NCBI GenBank assembly: GCA_039803205.1
Contig: JBDRYB010000007.1
Span: forward strand, 9,152-73,151
Direction: 5' to 3'
DNA length: 64,000 bases
Source of the DNA: a candidate division WOR-3 bacterium
Lineage (GTDB): Bacteria; Hydrothermota; Hydrothermia; JBDRYB01
The position numbers and the translations under genes were made by a program. Shown piece after piece: positions 9,061 to 18,472 of the stretch; positions within the stretch are counted from its first letter, which is position 1, and the number at the start of each line of letters is the position of its first letter. The notes beneath the pieces were generated by a model that ran no database searches, was not told the origin of the DNA, and saw only the letters and a program-made list of their open reading frames with translations.

Positions 9061-11052
9061 ATGTTGCTATATGTGTTGTTGTCCGCGACCCTCTCAGGGA
9101 GGGTTCTGGATTCGGAAAACGGCTATCCGGTAACCGGCGCTACGGTGGTCCTTGAGGGCGAGGAGCGCGGCACCTACACGGACGACCGCGGCCTCTTCGT
9201 CATCAAGGATGCGCCGGAGCGCGCTCTCAGGCTGGTAATCAGGAGAATAGGATACGAGGAAAAGGCCGTGGACATACCCAGGCCAGCAACGGATCTGATC
9301 GTGGATTTGAGGCCAACGGGCGTCCTAAGCAGGGAAATAGTGGTAACTGGAACCGCTACTCCGCATATTATTGGGGAATCTCCCGTTCCGGTTCAGGTCG
9401 TATCCCGCTCCAGGATTGAGGCCGCGAACCAGGCCTCGGTTCCGGACGCCGTGAGGCTCCTGCCAGGCCTCATGGTCTCCGGAGGCGCTCCGAACGGCGC
9501 GACCGGGAGATACACGGTTATGCTTCAGGGTCTTCCCTCTCAGTATACACTTGCCCTTCTTGACGGCAAGCGTGTCCTCTCTGATCACATCCACACAGGC
9601 GTGAACCTTTCCCCTGTTCCGCTCATTCTCGTTGAGAGGATAGAGGTTGTTGAGGGGCCTGCCTCCGCGCTCTACGGTTCTGATGCGCTCGGAGGCGTTA
9701 TAAACATTATAACAACGAAGCCTTCACCAGTGCCGACATACGCCTTCAGAACATACTACGGGACATATGGCAATATTGATGCGGAGGGCGCTTTTGGCGG
9801 ATCAGGGCCGGGCGGGAGCTCCTATCTTCTCTCTCTGGGGCAACGCTCATATGACGGGAAAGAGCCAGTCCAGCGCTACCAGCGCCTCAGCGCTTCCTTC
9901 AAGGGAAACTGGAGGTGGTTCTACCTGAACGGCGATTACAATCAGGGAAACGAGGGCATTGACACGGCCGGATTGCCCACTGCCCGTTCCTGGAACTCCA
10001 TCCTTGAGGCAAAGACTGTTCTGGTGTCCGGGGAATCGCAACACGAGATAGGCGGATACCTCAACCACTTCTACAGAACCTATAAATCAGGTAACGCCCG
10101 GGAGGACAATTTCGTGGCAGAGGGAAACCTCAAGTCTCACTTCCACCTAGGTTTCAACCAGCTCTCCATCGGTGGTGCTGTCAGAAACAATCAGTTTGAA
10201 CGAACCTGCACCCCCTATCACTCTGAGATGATCTACGGCGTTTTCGCGGAGGACGAGATAAGGCCCAAAGAGCTTTTTGGTTTCGTGGTTTCCACGAGGC
10301 TTGACTATTATCCCGTTGGCGGTTTGCAATTCACGCCGAAGGCCGGCGCTTTGGTCAAGCCCGCCAGATGGTTGAACCTGAAGGCCTCTGTCGGAAGAGG
10401 TTTCAGGGCTCCCAGCCTCCAAGACAGATACGAGGAGCTGTTTTTCCACAACACCTACTACAGGAACGGGAACCCGGACCTGAGGCCAGAGGTATCCTTG
10501 AACTACTCAGCGGGATTTGAGGTTTTGCCCGTGAGCTTCCTGGCAATGGGGATTTCCGGGTTTTACAACGATATCACTGATATGATCGGGCTTCTTCCGA
10601 CACGTGATTCCCTGAACGGGTTCCCGATCTTGCGGCGCGAGAACATAAGGTCCGCGTTCACATGGGGAGTCTCTCCGAGGCTTCAGGCCGAGACCAGGTT
10701 CCTATCCCTGGCACTAGCCTATACTTACCTCAACGCGAGGGATGACAGCACGGGAATGCCACTTGCCTACGAGCCGAAACACACGGTATCCGGACAGATT
10801 ACGCTTGAATACGGCATTGCTGGCGCGAGCCTCACTGGCGAGTGGGTCAAGGACAGGCTTTATAGCGGAGCCATAAGGCTTCCGGATTACGCCCTATTGA
10901 ACCTTAACCTGTTCGCGAGGCCCCTCAACGGTGTCCAGGTCAACTTCAGCATCCAGAACCTCCTTGATGAGGAGTTCTTCACCTACGAGGAAGGCAAGGC
11001 TCCGCTTTGCGAGGGGAGGACCTTTGGAGGAGGCCTGAACATAAGGTTCTAG
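9061..11052 (+). CDS. TonB-dependent outer-membrane receptor (CirA/BtuB-like) with N-terminal carboxypeptidase-regulatory-like domain
   Basis: TLSGRVLD...GATV; IVVTGT; ERIEVVEGPASALYGSDALGGVINIIT plug motif; GNPDLRPE; terminal F. Confidence 0.92.
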   Translation: MLLYVLLSATLSGRVLDSENGYPVTGATVVLEGEERGTYTDDRGLFVIKDAPERALRLVIRRIGYEEKAVDIPRPATDLIVDLRPTGVLSREIVVTGTATPHIIGESPVPVQVVSRSRIEAANQASVPDAVRLLPGLMVSGGAPNGATGRYTVMLQGLPSQYTLALLDGKRVLSDHIHTGVNLSPVPLILVERIEVVEGPASALYGSDALGGVINIITTKPSPVPTYAFRTYYGTYGNIDAEGAFGGSGPGGSSYLLSLGQRSYDGKEPVQRYQRLSASFKGNWRWFYLNGDYNQGNEGIDTAGLPTARSWNSILEAKTVLVSGESQHEIGGYLNHFYRTYKSGNAREDNFVAEGNLKSHFHLGFNQLSIGGAVRNNQFERTCTPYHSEMIYGVFAEDEIRPKELFGFVVSTRLDYYPVGGLQFTPKAGALVKPARWLNLKASVGRGFRAPSLQDRYEELFFHNTYYRNGNPDLRPEVSLNYSAGFEVLPVSFLAMGISGFYNDITDMIGLLPTRDSLNGFPILRRENIRSAFTWGVSPRLQAETRFLSLALAYTYLNARDDSTGMPLAYEPKHTVSGQITLEYGIAGASLTGEWVKDRLYSGAIRLPDYALLNLNLFARPLNGVQVNFSIQNLLDEEFFTYEEGKAPLCEGRTFGGGLNIRF

Positions 11053-11103
11053 GAGGCTGGTTTTCAGAAGATCATGATCACCCCTTTATAGGCCAGGTTC
11101 CCA

Positions 11104-11754
11104 TTACTTCAATATACCCGGAGGCAGTTTATCGTATTTCGGCCCCTCAACTCCATCCAGAACAACGAATGAGGAGTCGCCTTCGGTCGCCCAGTAAGCA
11201 ATGTGCTCCAGGTTGTATGTTATCCTACCTATCTCATCGTAGAACTTGCCTTCCGCGGTGTCAACGACGAGGCTAAACTTCCCTTTGAGTTTCGCTTTGT
11301 AGAGAACCCGACCTTCTGGGATGATGTTTATGTCCGAGATGTCATCGTATTCTTTCCCAGGTTTCCCATCGTCAACCACAAGCTTCTTGGTTCCCTTTTC
11401 CGTGACATAGATGAGCCTTTCGCCTACCGGGCCACGGGCATGGGATGATGCCCTAGTCAGATCCGATGAAATGGAGGCAGATGAGGCTCCGGGGTAGGCA
11501 TACGCCGGCACAAAGGCTATGTAGGTTATCCTGTCGTATAAGGGGCCCTCGGTCCCATCAACTACGACGACCTGGCCTTCGCCCTTTTTCGCCACATAAA
11601 CCAGCTTCCCCGATGGTGAGAACATTATGGTTCCCACAACGGAGTAAAGGTAATCCCTTGATGTTCCCTCAAGCTCTTTGGCCATCTTTTCGGCCTTTCT
11701 CTCCAGACCACAAGAAACCAAACCCGCACAAAACAAAAGCAAAAATCTCTTCAT
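11104..11754 (-). CDS. Lipoprotein with four VVxDGxEGxxYD repeats, an in-frame insertion and possibly a truncated end
   Basis: Lipobox MKRFLLLFCAGLVS-C; repeats VVVDGTEGPLYD / VVDDGKPGKEYD / VVDTAEGKFYD / VVLDGVEGPKYD; TATAAT (11761-11766) 6 nt before ATG 11754. Confidence 0.7.
   Translation of the reverse strand: MKRFLLLFCAGLVSCGLERKAEKMAKELEGTSRDYLYSVVGTIMFSPSGKLVYVAKKGEGQVVVVDGTEGPLYDRITYIAFVPAYAYPGASSASISSDLTRASSHARGPVGERLIYVTEKGTKKLVVDDGKPGKEYDDISDINIIPEGRVLYKAKLKGKFSLVVDTAEGKFYDEIGRITYNLEHIAYWATEGDSSFVVLDGVEGPKYDKLPPGILK
11422..11499. repeat. 78-bp palindromic element inserted in frame in the lipoprotein gene
   Basis: Terminal inverted repeats GCCTACC (11422-11428) / GGTAGGC (11493-11499); internal hairpin GGGCAT/ATGCCC (11436-11453); coincides with a ~26-aa interruption of one protein repeat. 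Confidence 0.55.
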
Positions 11755-12058
11755 GGCATTATTATAATCCAAAATAACAGAAGAAAACGCCTACTTCGGC
11801 CCGAAGCGATCCTTTCCCTTTCTGTGCTTATTTTTGATCTCAGGCATATCCCCCTGGTCTGAGAAGCGATGGGCAGCTCAGCTGAACAGGGCTTTCATGT
11901 CCACTACGCCGCGCTCAAATGCCTCACCAAAGGCCCGGGTGTGATGAGCTCAGGATGATGACCAAAATGCTTCTCTGTCCTGAGGAGTCCTATTGTATTT
12001 GAAAGCCAGAACAGGATGTCCTTCGTGTATCAAGGAGGTGCCCTCCCCTAAGGATCGC

Positions 12059-13267
12059 CTATTTTCCTCCGGAGGCCGAGGATGGCTCCGGGCCAATGAG
12101 ATAACCAGCGAATATCAGGATGCTCCCCAGGAACAGGTTGATACAGAGGAACCGGAGCAGGGGGCCGCTCGTATAGTAAGCACGGGGAAGGTTCGCGATC
12201 AAAAACCCGGCGCCCGCTAAAATGTAGCTCAGAGGCCTGGCCCGGTTGATGATGAGGAACATGAGGGGAATCAATAGGAGGGCGAAACAATAGACAGATA
12301 CCGATGGCGCGACGAGCAGAGAGGCAATAATCAGCATGTTTCCTCGCCAGACCGCATCCGCGATCCTCAACATTCGCCAGGCGAGGAGCGCCAGAACAGC
12401 CCCAACCCAGATGTAGTATCCGGCCGCCACATATCCCGGAACAGGCGTGAAGAGGGTGTTTATCTCGGAGGATTCCGATGTTCCGACGAATATCCTGTAA
12501 AGCATAGCGAGAGCGGATTGCATGTCTGCGCCTATGTATAGCATGCTGGCCCTCTCAAGAACAAGGCTGATGTATTGAAGGAAGACCCCCTTCCCCAAGG
12601 TTATAACCGCGGCTAACGAAGCCAGGAGCCATGCTCCGGTAAAGATCAGGAGACCCCGCCACTTTCTCTCAGTGACAAAGAGCAGGGGCAATAGCAGGAG
12701 GCTCGGCTTCAGCAGAAACCCAACCGAAAGAGCGATCTGGGAAAGGACCTTCTGGGGCCTCATGATGAAGTATCCCGCTATCGGCAAGAGAAAGCCGCTT
12801 CCCTGGCCTACCTGAAATCCGTATCTCGTTGGGTAGAAAAGGAGAATAGCCGCAAATCCAAGAATGGTATATTGGGGACCATTTTGCCTAAAGAGATAGA
12901 AGACTAAGAGCGCAATGAGGGCTATCTGGAGAGCGAGAAATACGGTGGACGCGAGGTGGTAGGGCAGAAAGGAGAAGGGAATCATCATAATGGCGTAGAA
13001 CGGGTGAGAGAAAAAGCGTGTTATATAGGACCAATTGTAGCCCCTTGCTCGGAGCATATCCAGGACCTCTGGGGGCATTGCTGTTGGATCCGCGCCTGGT
13101 CTTTGGTCCGCTGAGTAGATCAGCTTGGAGTGCCCCGTCCTTATGAGAAGGCCTGCCGCGTAATCGTGAGCGAAATCCGGCCTCGGGTTTTCCTTCTCGT
13201 AGACGAGGGATGCTGAGAGCCAGGCGAGGGAGATCCCTAAAATGAAATAAAGAAACCTATTCTGCAA
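12059..13267 (-). CDS. GT-C membrane glycosyltransferase, family 87 (DUF2029-like)
   Basis: N-terminal TM then DF motif, F-x-x-HPF, GQ motif, LLKP, ~10 TM segments; TTG start overlaps gmhA end. Confidence 0.75.
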   Translation of the reverse strand: MQNRFLYFILGISLAWLSASLVYEKENPRPDFAHDYAAGLLIRTGHSKLIYSADQRPGADPTAMPPEVLDMLRARGYNWSYITRFFSHPFYAIMMIPFSFLPYHLASTVFLALQIALIALLVFYLFRQNGPQYTILGFAAILLFYPTRYGFQVGQGSGFLLPIAGYFIMRPQKVLSQIALSVGFLLKPSLLLLPLLFVTERKWRGLLIFTGAWLLASLAAVITLGKGVFLQYISLVLERASMLYIGADMQSALAMLYRIFVGTSESSEINTLFTPVPGYVAAGYYIWVGAVLALLAWRMLRIADAVWRGNMLIIASLLVAPSVSVYCFALLLIPLMFLIINRARPLSYILAGAGFLIANLPRAYYTSGPLLRFLCINLFLGSILIFAGYLIGPEPSSASGGK

Positions 13268-13823
13268 AAGATTCCTCCACGGCCAAGGCTATCATGTGAA
13301 CGATCAGGGTGTGGACCTCCTGGACGCGAGCGGTGTTATCAGAGGGAACCGGAATGAGGACATCTGCTTTGCCGGAAGGGGTGCTCTTGCCGCAGAGATA
13401 TATCACCTTGAGGCCCGCGGCCTCCGCGGCGCGGATCGCTCTGGTTATGTTCTCGCTTTTGCCCGATGTCGTGATGGCCACGAGGACATCCCCCTCTCTG
13501 CCTATTGCCTCTATTTGCCTCGCGAAAACACTTTCATAGCCGAGGTCATTCGCAGAGGCTGTCAGCACAGCTGAATCAGAACAGAGCGAAAGTGCCGCCA
13601 GAGCCTGTCTGTCCTTCTTGAACCTCACAGCAAGCTCAGCCGCTAGGTGCTGTGCCAGGGCGGCAGAGCCACCATTCCCACAAGCGAGGATCTTTCCGCC
13701 TCTCCTAAGGCACTCCGCTATGAGGCCCGATGCTTCTGAGACCCTCTCCAGAAAATCGGTATCCAGGAGCCTGGCCACGAGCCCGGAAAGCTCGTTTATT
13801 TCCCTTTTGAATTTATCCACCAT
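13257..13823 (-). CDS. gmhA: D-sedoheptulose-7-phosphate isomerase
   Basis: CGNGGSAALAQHLAAEL, ANDLGYESVFARQ, TTSGKSEN, TARVQEVH. Confidence 0.93.
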   Translation of the reverse strand: MVDKFKREINELSGLVARLLDTDFLERVSEASGLIAECLRRGGKILACGNGGSAALAQHLAAELAVRFKKDRQALAALSLCSDSAVLTASANDLGYESVFARQIEAIGREGDVLVAITTSGKSENITRAIRAAEAAGLKVIYLCGKSTPSGKADVLIPVPSDNTARVQEVHTLIVHMIALAVEESFAE

Positions 13824-14635
13824 TCAACATATTCCTCAAGGGTCTCCTCCCATCCTGGCACCCTCTTACCCGTTAATGCTTCGTAGAGCTCGGATGAGAG
13901 TGAGGAGCGGAGGGGCCTTTTCGCTGGCCTGTTAAGTTCGGACGACCTGACTAGCCTCAGATCCGTCTTTATCCCAGCTAATTCAAGGCCCCTTTTGACG
14001 AAATCCGCATATGTGACATCCGCAGAACCAGCCAGATGGTAAACGCCAAAGGGGAGCCTCCCTCTGGCAAAATCAAGCACCAGGCTGGCCAGATGCATGA
14101 CATATGTGGGCCTTGAGACCTGATCCGTGATAAGAGTAAGGGGTTTACCCTGGGCTCCATAATCAAGAAACCTGCTGAGCAAGGTCTTTCCGCCAGGCCC
14201 GAAGACCCAGGATGTCCTTACAACATAGCTCTGTGGGACGCGGAGGGCCTCGCGTTCGCCGAGGAGCTTTGTCCTGCCGTAGACATTGACGGGATTAGGC
14301 TCATCGTTCTCGTTGTATAGATCCTTTTCCCCTCCGAATACATAATCGGTTGAGATGTAGACGAGAATGGCATCCAACCTTATCGCCGCGGAGGCTATCG
14401 CTCTCGTTGAAACCCAGTTTACCACATGCGCCCTTTGTGGGTTGGTTTCGCAGGCATCAACATCCGTCCACGCGCCCGCGTGGAATATCACCTTTGGCCT
14501 CATCCTGATGATGGTCCTGAAAACATCGGCGGGTCTTTCCAGGTCAAGCTCTGATCTGTCAGGGGCCCAGACATCATCAAGCAGGTCAGCCACCTTACTG
14601 CCCAGACAGCCGCTTGCTCCCGTGACCAATATCAT
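13796..14635 (-). CDS. rfbD: dTDP-4-dehydrorhamnose reductase
   Basis: VTGASGCLG, AWTDVDACE, ISTDYVF, YGRTKLLGE, RPAKRP. Confidence 0.9.
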   Translation of the reverse strand: MILVTGASGCLGSKVADLLDDVWAPDRSELDLERPADVFRTIIRMRPKVIFHAGAWTDVDACETNPQRAHVVNWVSTRAIASAAIRLDAILVYISTDYVFGGEKDLYNENDEPNPVNVYGRTKLLGEREALRVPQSYVVRTSWVFGPGGKTLLSRFLDYGAQGKPLTLITDQVSRPTYVMHLASLVLDFARGRLPFGVYHLAGSADVTYADFVKRGLELAGIKTDLRLVRSSELNRPAKRPLRSSLSSELYEALTGKRVPGWEETLEEYVEWWINSKGK

Positions 14636-15348
14636 TTCTCCATCTCCTTCTCTCTGACCAATACCGTTGCCCTAAAAAGGGATTCAAATGTGCCAGCGTC
14701 GGTCCACCAGCCCGATAGGAAATCGTGCTTCATCTCCCCGCGCTCTATATACCAGTTATTGACATCGGTTATCTCCAGCTCCCCGCGATGAGATGGCACG
14801 AGGCTTCTTATTACCCCAAAGACCCTCTCGTCATAAAAATATACTCCTGTCACAGCGAAGCGAGAAGGGGGCACCTCCGGCTTCTCAATTATCCTTTTTA
14901 TGATGCCGTCTTCTATTACGGGAACGCCAAACCTTCCGGGGTCAGGAACCTCAGCGAGAAGGATCATCGCGCCTCGGCCAGGGTATTTCTCAATAAACGG
15001 CGTCAGTGGGTCCTGGAATATGTTATCGCCGAGTATGACCAGGAGAGGCTCACCGTCCGAGAAGTCCTCGGCAAGCGAAAGCGCATCAGCAATGCCCCTT
15101 TCGCCCTCCTGATATGTGTAGGCCAATCTTAGACCCAGCTCCTTCCCGCTCCCAAGGAGCCTCAAGAAATCCCCAGCGTGCTGGCCTCCGGTCACCAGAA
15201 GGACATCCTTGATGCCCGCCTCAGCCATCTTCATCAGGGGATAAAGGACCATCGGCCTGTTATACACGGGCAGGAGGTGTTTGTTCGTTATCTTGGTCAA
15301 GGGATAGAGCCTGGTGCCCAGGCCTCCCGCAAGGACTACGCCTTTCAC
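14632..15348 (-). CDS. rfbA: Glucose-1-phosphate thymidylyltransferase (short RfbA/SpsI type)
   Basis: LAGGLGTRLYPLT, NKHLLPVY, LGDNIF, RGELEITD, WTDAGT; TATAAT 6 nt before GTG. Confidence 0.88.
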   Translation of the reverse strand: MKGVVLAGGLGTRLYPLTKITNKHLLPVYNRPMVLYPLMKMAEAGIKDVLLVTGGQHAGDFLRLLGSGKELGLRLAYTYQEGERGIADALSLAEDFSDGEPLLVILGDNIFQDPLTPFIEKYPGRGAMILLAEVPDPGRFGVPVIEDGIIKRIIEKPEVPPSRFAVTGVYFYDERVFGVIRSLVPSHRGELEITDVNNWYIERGEMKHDFLSGWWTDAGTFESLFRATVLVREKEMEK

Positions 15349-15439
15349 GGGAAAATTATATTGCCTCTGCCTGCTCCGAGTCCACTACTCGTTGATCCTA
15401 CTGAACCCCAATCCTTATAATTTACCCAGAGAGGTGATT

Positions 15440-16969
15440 ATGAACCTTTTTCTGTGCTCTATCATCTTGTCCTCCTGGATGACATTCAGGGGGAACAACC
15501 AAAGGACAGGCCTTGTTGAGGGAAGGAGCAACTTCTACCAACAGGCGCCAGCTGTGCTCGCGGCTTGGGTGGTTCATTCAAGCGGCAATTCCGTGTATGG
15601 AGCGCCCATTACCTATGACCAGAGCGGCGATGGCAAAGAGGACATATACATCACATCCCACTCAAGTTATCCCTCCATTACCCTCTACAGGGGGCCTAGC
15701 GGTGGCATAATTTGGAATTGCCAGGACTACGCGGATGCCTATTACTCAACGCCTGCGCTTTTGCCCATAAACTATGACCCCTACCCAGAGGTTTTTCAGG
15801 GATTCCACAATTCCGGAGGCCTCAGGTGCTACGATGGTGGCTCCGGAACGAGGATATGGTGGGCTTACCTCGGCGGAATATCCTACTCGTCCCCTTTGGC
15901 GTTTTTTGACCCCTCTGGAAACCTCCGTGTAGCAGTGGTCAACGACGCTGGAGTGCTTTATTACCTGGATGCTGGCACAGGGGCCGTGCTCTGGTCATAT
16001 GCGGGTTCAGCCTCATCGTATTCGGCTCCAGCACTCGGGGATGTGAATGGAGATGGCACTCCTGAGATAGCGTATACCACAGCGAATCACATCTATGTCC
16101 TTGATCTATCAGGCAATCTCCTCTGGGATCTGGCATATGGTGCGAAGCCCTCAACCCCCGCGCTCTCTGATATGGATGGGTCGCCCGGACTTGAGATGGT
16201 GATCTATGATGCTGGGGCGGGTTGGGTTGCTGTTTTCGCCTTCGGAAACCCTATTCCTCTCTGGACATACTTCGTGGGCGCTTTCTCCGAGACATTCCCG
16301 CCTTCGCCGGCAGTCGGGGATGTGAACGCAAACGGGATCCCCGATGTGGTGATTCACAACACGAGGGTTGTCTATTGCGTGGAGAACGGGACTCTCGTAT
16401 GGTCGGTGAATGCCCTTGGGAATGATTATCTCTATGGTTCGCCTGTCCTGGCTGATCTTGATGGCGCTTCTGTTCACGACGGGGGAGCGCTTGAGACGGT
16501 CATAACCGGGGAGGATGAGAACTCGTATATCGGTTTGGTCTACTACATCCAGGACGATGGCTTACTCTGCTGGAGGTGGTCAAACCCATCGTATACGGAC
16601 TTTCCCGTGTATAACGAGGCCGCTCTCGGAGACCCCAACGGTGATGGCTGGCTTGAGATAGTGGTTGTGGATTACTCTTGCTACGCGTTCATACTAAGAG
16701 GGACCGATCCCCTTGAGAGCGGGGAGACCGTGCTTGAGACAGAGCCCACAAGGATCATCCCGACCCCTCGCGGCCTTTTGGTTTACGCGGTTTCACCTTG
16801 TCCGGTTTCCGTTGATTTCTACGATGGCTCGGGTAGGCTCGTTGATTCCTACAAAGGGAGCCTGAGAGCCGGGGAGAACCTGATAAAGCCGAAGACAGAA
16901 GGCATCCTTTTCTACAAAGCCATGATGGGCGAGGAGGAGATCAGGGGAAAGCTAGTTATCCTGGAATAA
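15440..16969 (+). CDS. Secreted FG-GAP/PQQ-type beta-propeller protein with T9SS-type C-terminal domain
   Basis: TTGATC-N18-TATAAT (15392-15421) and SD GAGGTG; WMTFRGNNQRTG; repeated S(T/A/P)P...GDxNGDG; C-terminal FYDGSGRLV...GKLVILE. Confidence 0.82.
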   Translation: MNLFLCSIILSSWMTFRGNNQRTGLVEGRSNFYQQAPAVLAAWVVHSSGNSVYGAPITYDQSGDGKEDIYITSHSSYPSITLYRGPSGGIIWNCQDYADAYYSTPALLPINYDPYPEVFQGFHNSGGLRCYDGGSGTRIWWAYLGGISYSSPLAFFDPSGNLRVAVVNDAGVLYYLDAGTGAVLWSYAGSASSYSAPALGDVNGDGTPEIAYTTANHIYVLDLSGNLLWDLAYGAKPSTPALSDMDGSPGLEMVIYDAGAGWVAVFAFGNPIPLWTYFVGAFSETFPPSPAVGDVNANGIPDVVIHNTRVVYCVENGTLVWSVNALGNDYLYGSPVLADLDGASVHDGGALETVITGEDENSYIGLVYYIQDDGLLCWRWSNPSYTDFPVYNEAALGDPNGDGWLEIVVVDYSCYAFILRGTDPLESGETVLETEPTRIIPTPRGLLVYAVSPCPVSVDFYDGSGRLVDSYKGSLRAGENLIKPKTEGILFYKAMMGEEEIRGKLVILE

Positions 16970-17114
16970 TAAATAAAAAATAAGCCATTACAAAGCAAGA
17001 TTAGGATCATAGCCCTCTGAGAAGCCGCCTGATGGTTCAGAGTAGTCCTTGTCAGCGCCCAATTGGGCATCTTTTAACCAGCAAGGAGAAAAGACGAGCC
17101 ATTATAATTTGTCT

Positions 17115-17699
17115 ATGCATGAGGACGCGAGCGCTTTGTTCCAGGAAGGGGTTTCTCTCTATCAGAAAGGGGAATACGAGAACGCCGAGACATTTTTCAG
17201 GCGAGCCTTGGAACGAGACCCCGGTTTTGCAGAGGCCAGGATGGCACTCGGAGAGACCCTTTATTCCCTGGGAAGATACGAGGATGCTGAGAAGGAGTTC
17301 AGGGCCGCTGTGAGGCTGAGACCAGATTCCCCTCGCGCCAGGCACGCTCTTGGCGAGGTTCTGATGATCCTTGAGAAATACCCGGAGGCCGAGCTTGAAC
17401 TCAGAGAGGCTGTTCGCCTGTGTCCGGAGGATCCGAATATCCTTCTTGACCTCGGTTCCCTGTTTCACCTTGCTGGCAAGCTATCGGAGGCGGCTGAGAT
17501 CCTGGGGGAAGCCGTGCAGATTGGAAAGGATAACTCCTGGGCCCGTTTCTCTTTGGCCATGGTCCTCAAGGACATGGGCAGGCTCTCTGATGCTCTCATG
17601 CAGGTTGAGGAAGCGATAAGGCTTGGTAACGACTCCGCGCCAGTGCTTGAGCTCAGAAGGAGCCTGAGAGAGGCCCTTAAAGAGAAACGCCAGGGATAA
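17115..17699 (+). CDS. TPR-repeat protein
   Basis: Five TPR-like units (e.g. ALERDPGFAEARMALG); TATAAT 17103-17108, 6 nt before ATG. Confidence 0.85.
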   Translation: MHEDASALFQEGVSLYQKGEYENAETFFRRALERDPGFAEARMALGETLYSLGRYEDAEKEFRAAVRLRPDSPRARHALGEVLMILEKYPEAELELREAVRLCPEDPNILLDLGSLFHLAGKLSEAAEILGEAVQIGKDNSWARFSLAMVLKDMGRLSDALMQVEEAIRLGNDSAPVLELRRSLREALKEKRQG

Positions 17700-17701
17700 A
17701 C

Positions 17702-18364
17702 TCAATCTTCCCTGGTCATCCACTTGAAAACCGGATCCCCGGCCAAGGATGAAAACGCCTCATCAATCCGGGCTTTCTTCCTGAGGGATCCATCGAGATC
17801 AATCGCGTTCTCAAGCGCGCGAAGCGCGTTGTCCCTATCCCCGCGTTTGCAATAGAAGCACGCGAGAAGATACCAAGCCTCAGGGCTAAAGGGTGATTCC
17901 CTCAGAGCACCAGTTGCCTCACGGTAAAGGCTGTCCGGTTCTGATATCATGAGGTATGCCCTTGCCTTTCTGACCCTTGCCATGGACCTGTAGCTGGGAT
18001 TCGCCCTCTCCAAAGCGTTATAAACCGCTATTGCTTCTTTGGCCTCACCTCTTGCCAGGTATATGGAGCCCAGAGCGTCTGCGGCCAGCGCATCGCCGGG
18101 GTTCGTTCGGAGTATCGTGCCAAAGGCCTCTATTGCCCGGGCAGTGTCCCCGGTCTCAGCTAGGGCTATGCCGTAGTAATAAAGATATATTGGGTTCCTG
18201 GGCTCCTTTGCCACAGCGCTCCGGTAAAAGGAGAGGGACTCGGCGACCCTTCCCTCCTGGTGTAGCCTGTTGGCCATCACAAAATCAGGGTCAACCACCC
18301 CTGCTTGTCTGTATAGGGGCGTGCAGGCAAAAAGAAACACAAAGACAAATGCTCCCTTTCTCAT
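17702..18364 (-). CDS. TPR-repeat lipoprotein
   Basis: Lipobox MRKGAFVFVFLFA-C; TPRs; C-terminal YLLACFY...ARIDEAF; TATAAT 6 nt before ATG. Confidence 0.85.
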   Translation of the reverse strand: MRKGAFVFVFLFACTPLYRQAGVVDPDFVMANRLHQEGRVAESLSFYRSAVAKEPRNPIYLYYYGIALAETGDTARAIEAFGTILRTNPGDALAADALGSIYLARGEAKEAIAVYNALERANPSYRSMARVRKARAYLMISEPDSLYREATGALRESPFSPEAWYLLACFYCKRGDRDNALRALENAIDLDGSLRKKARIDEAFSSLAGDPVFKWMTRED

Positions 18365-18472
18365 GGGCAAATTATACTGGTTGCAAGTTGCTGGTTGCCA
18401 GGGCTTGGACCCTCGCGGGGGCTATTTTGCAAGCCCATGCCCTTTTTGGCTTATAATTTCAGGCCTATATTT

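Noticed and set aside
11440..11490. Hammerhead ribozyme within the palindromic insertion (GATGA and GAAA-like words)
   Set aside because: The CUGANGA...GAAA core and its stems are not present in the required order.
11790..12050. Small ORF or pseudogene in the largest intergenic gap
   Set aside because: Minus-strand frames give only short stop-interrupted peptides with no recognisable family, and the apparent SD lies within a GGAGG/CCTCC hairpin.
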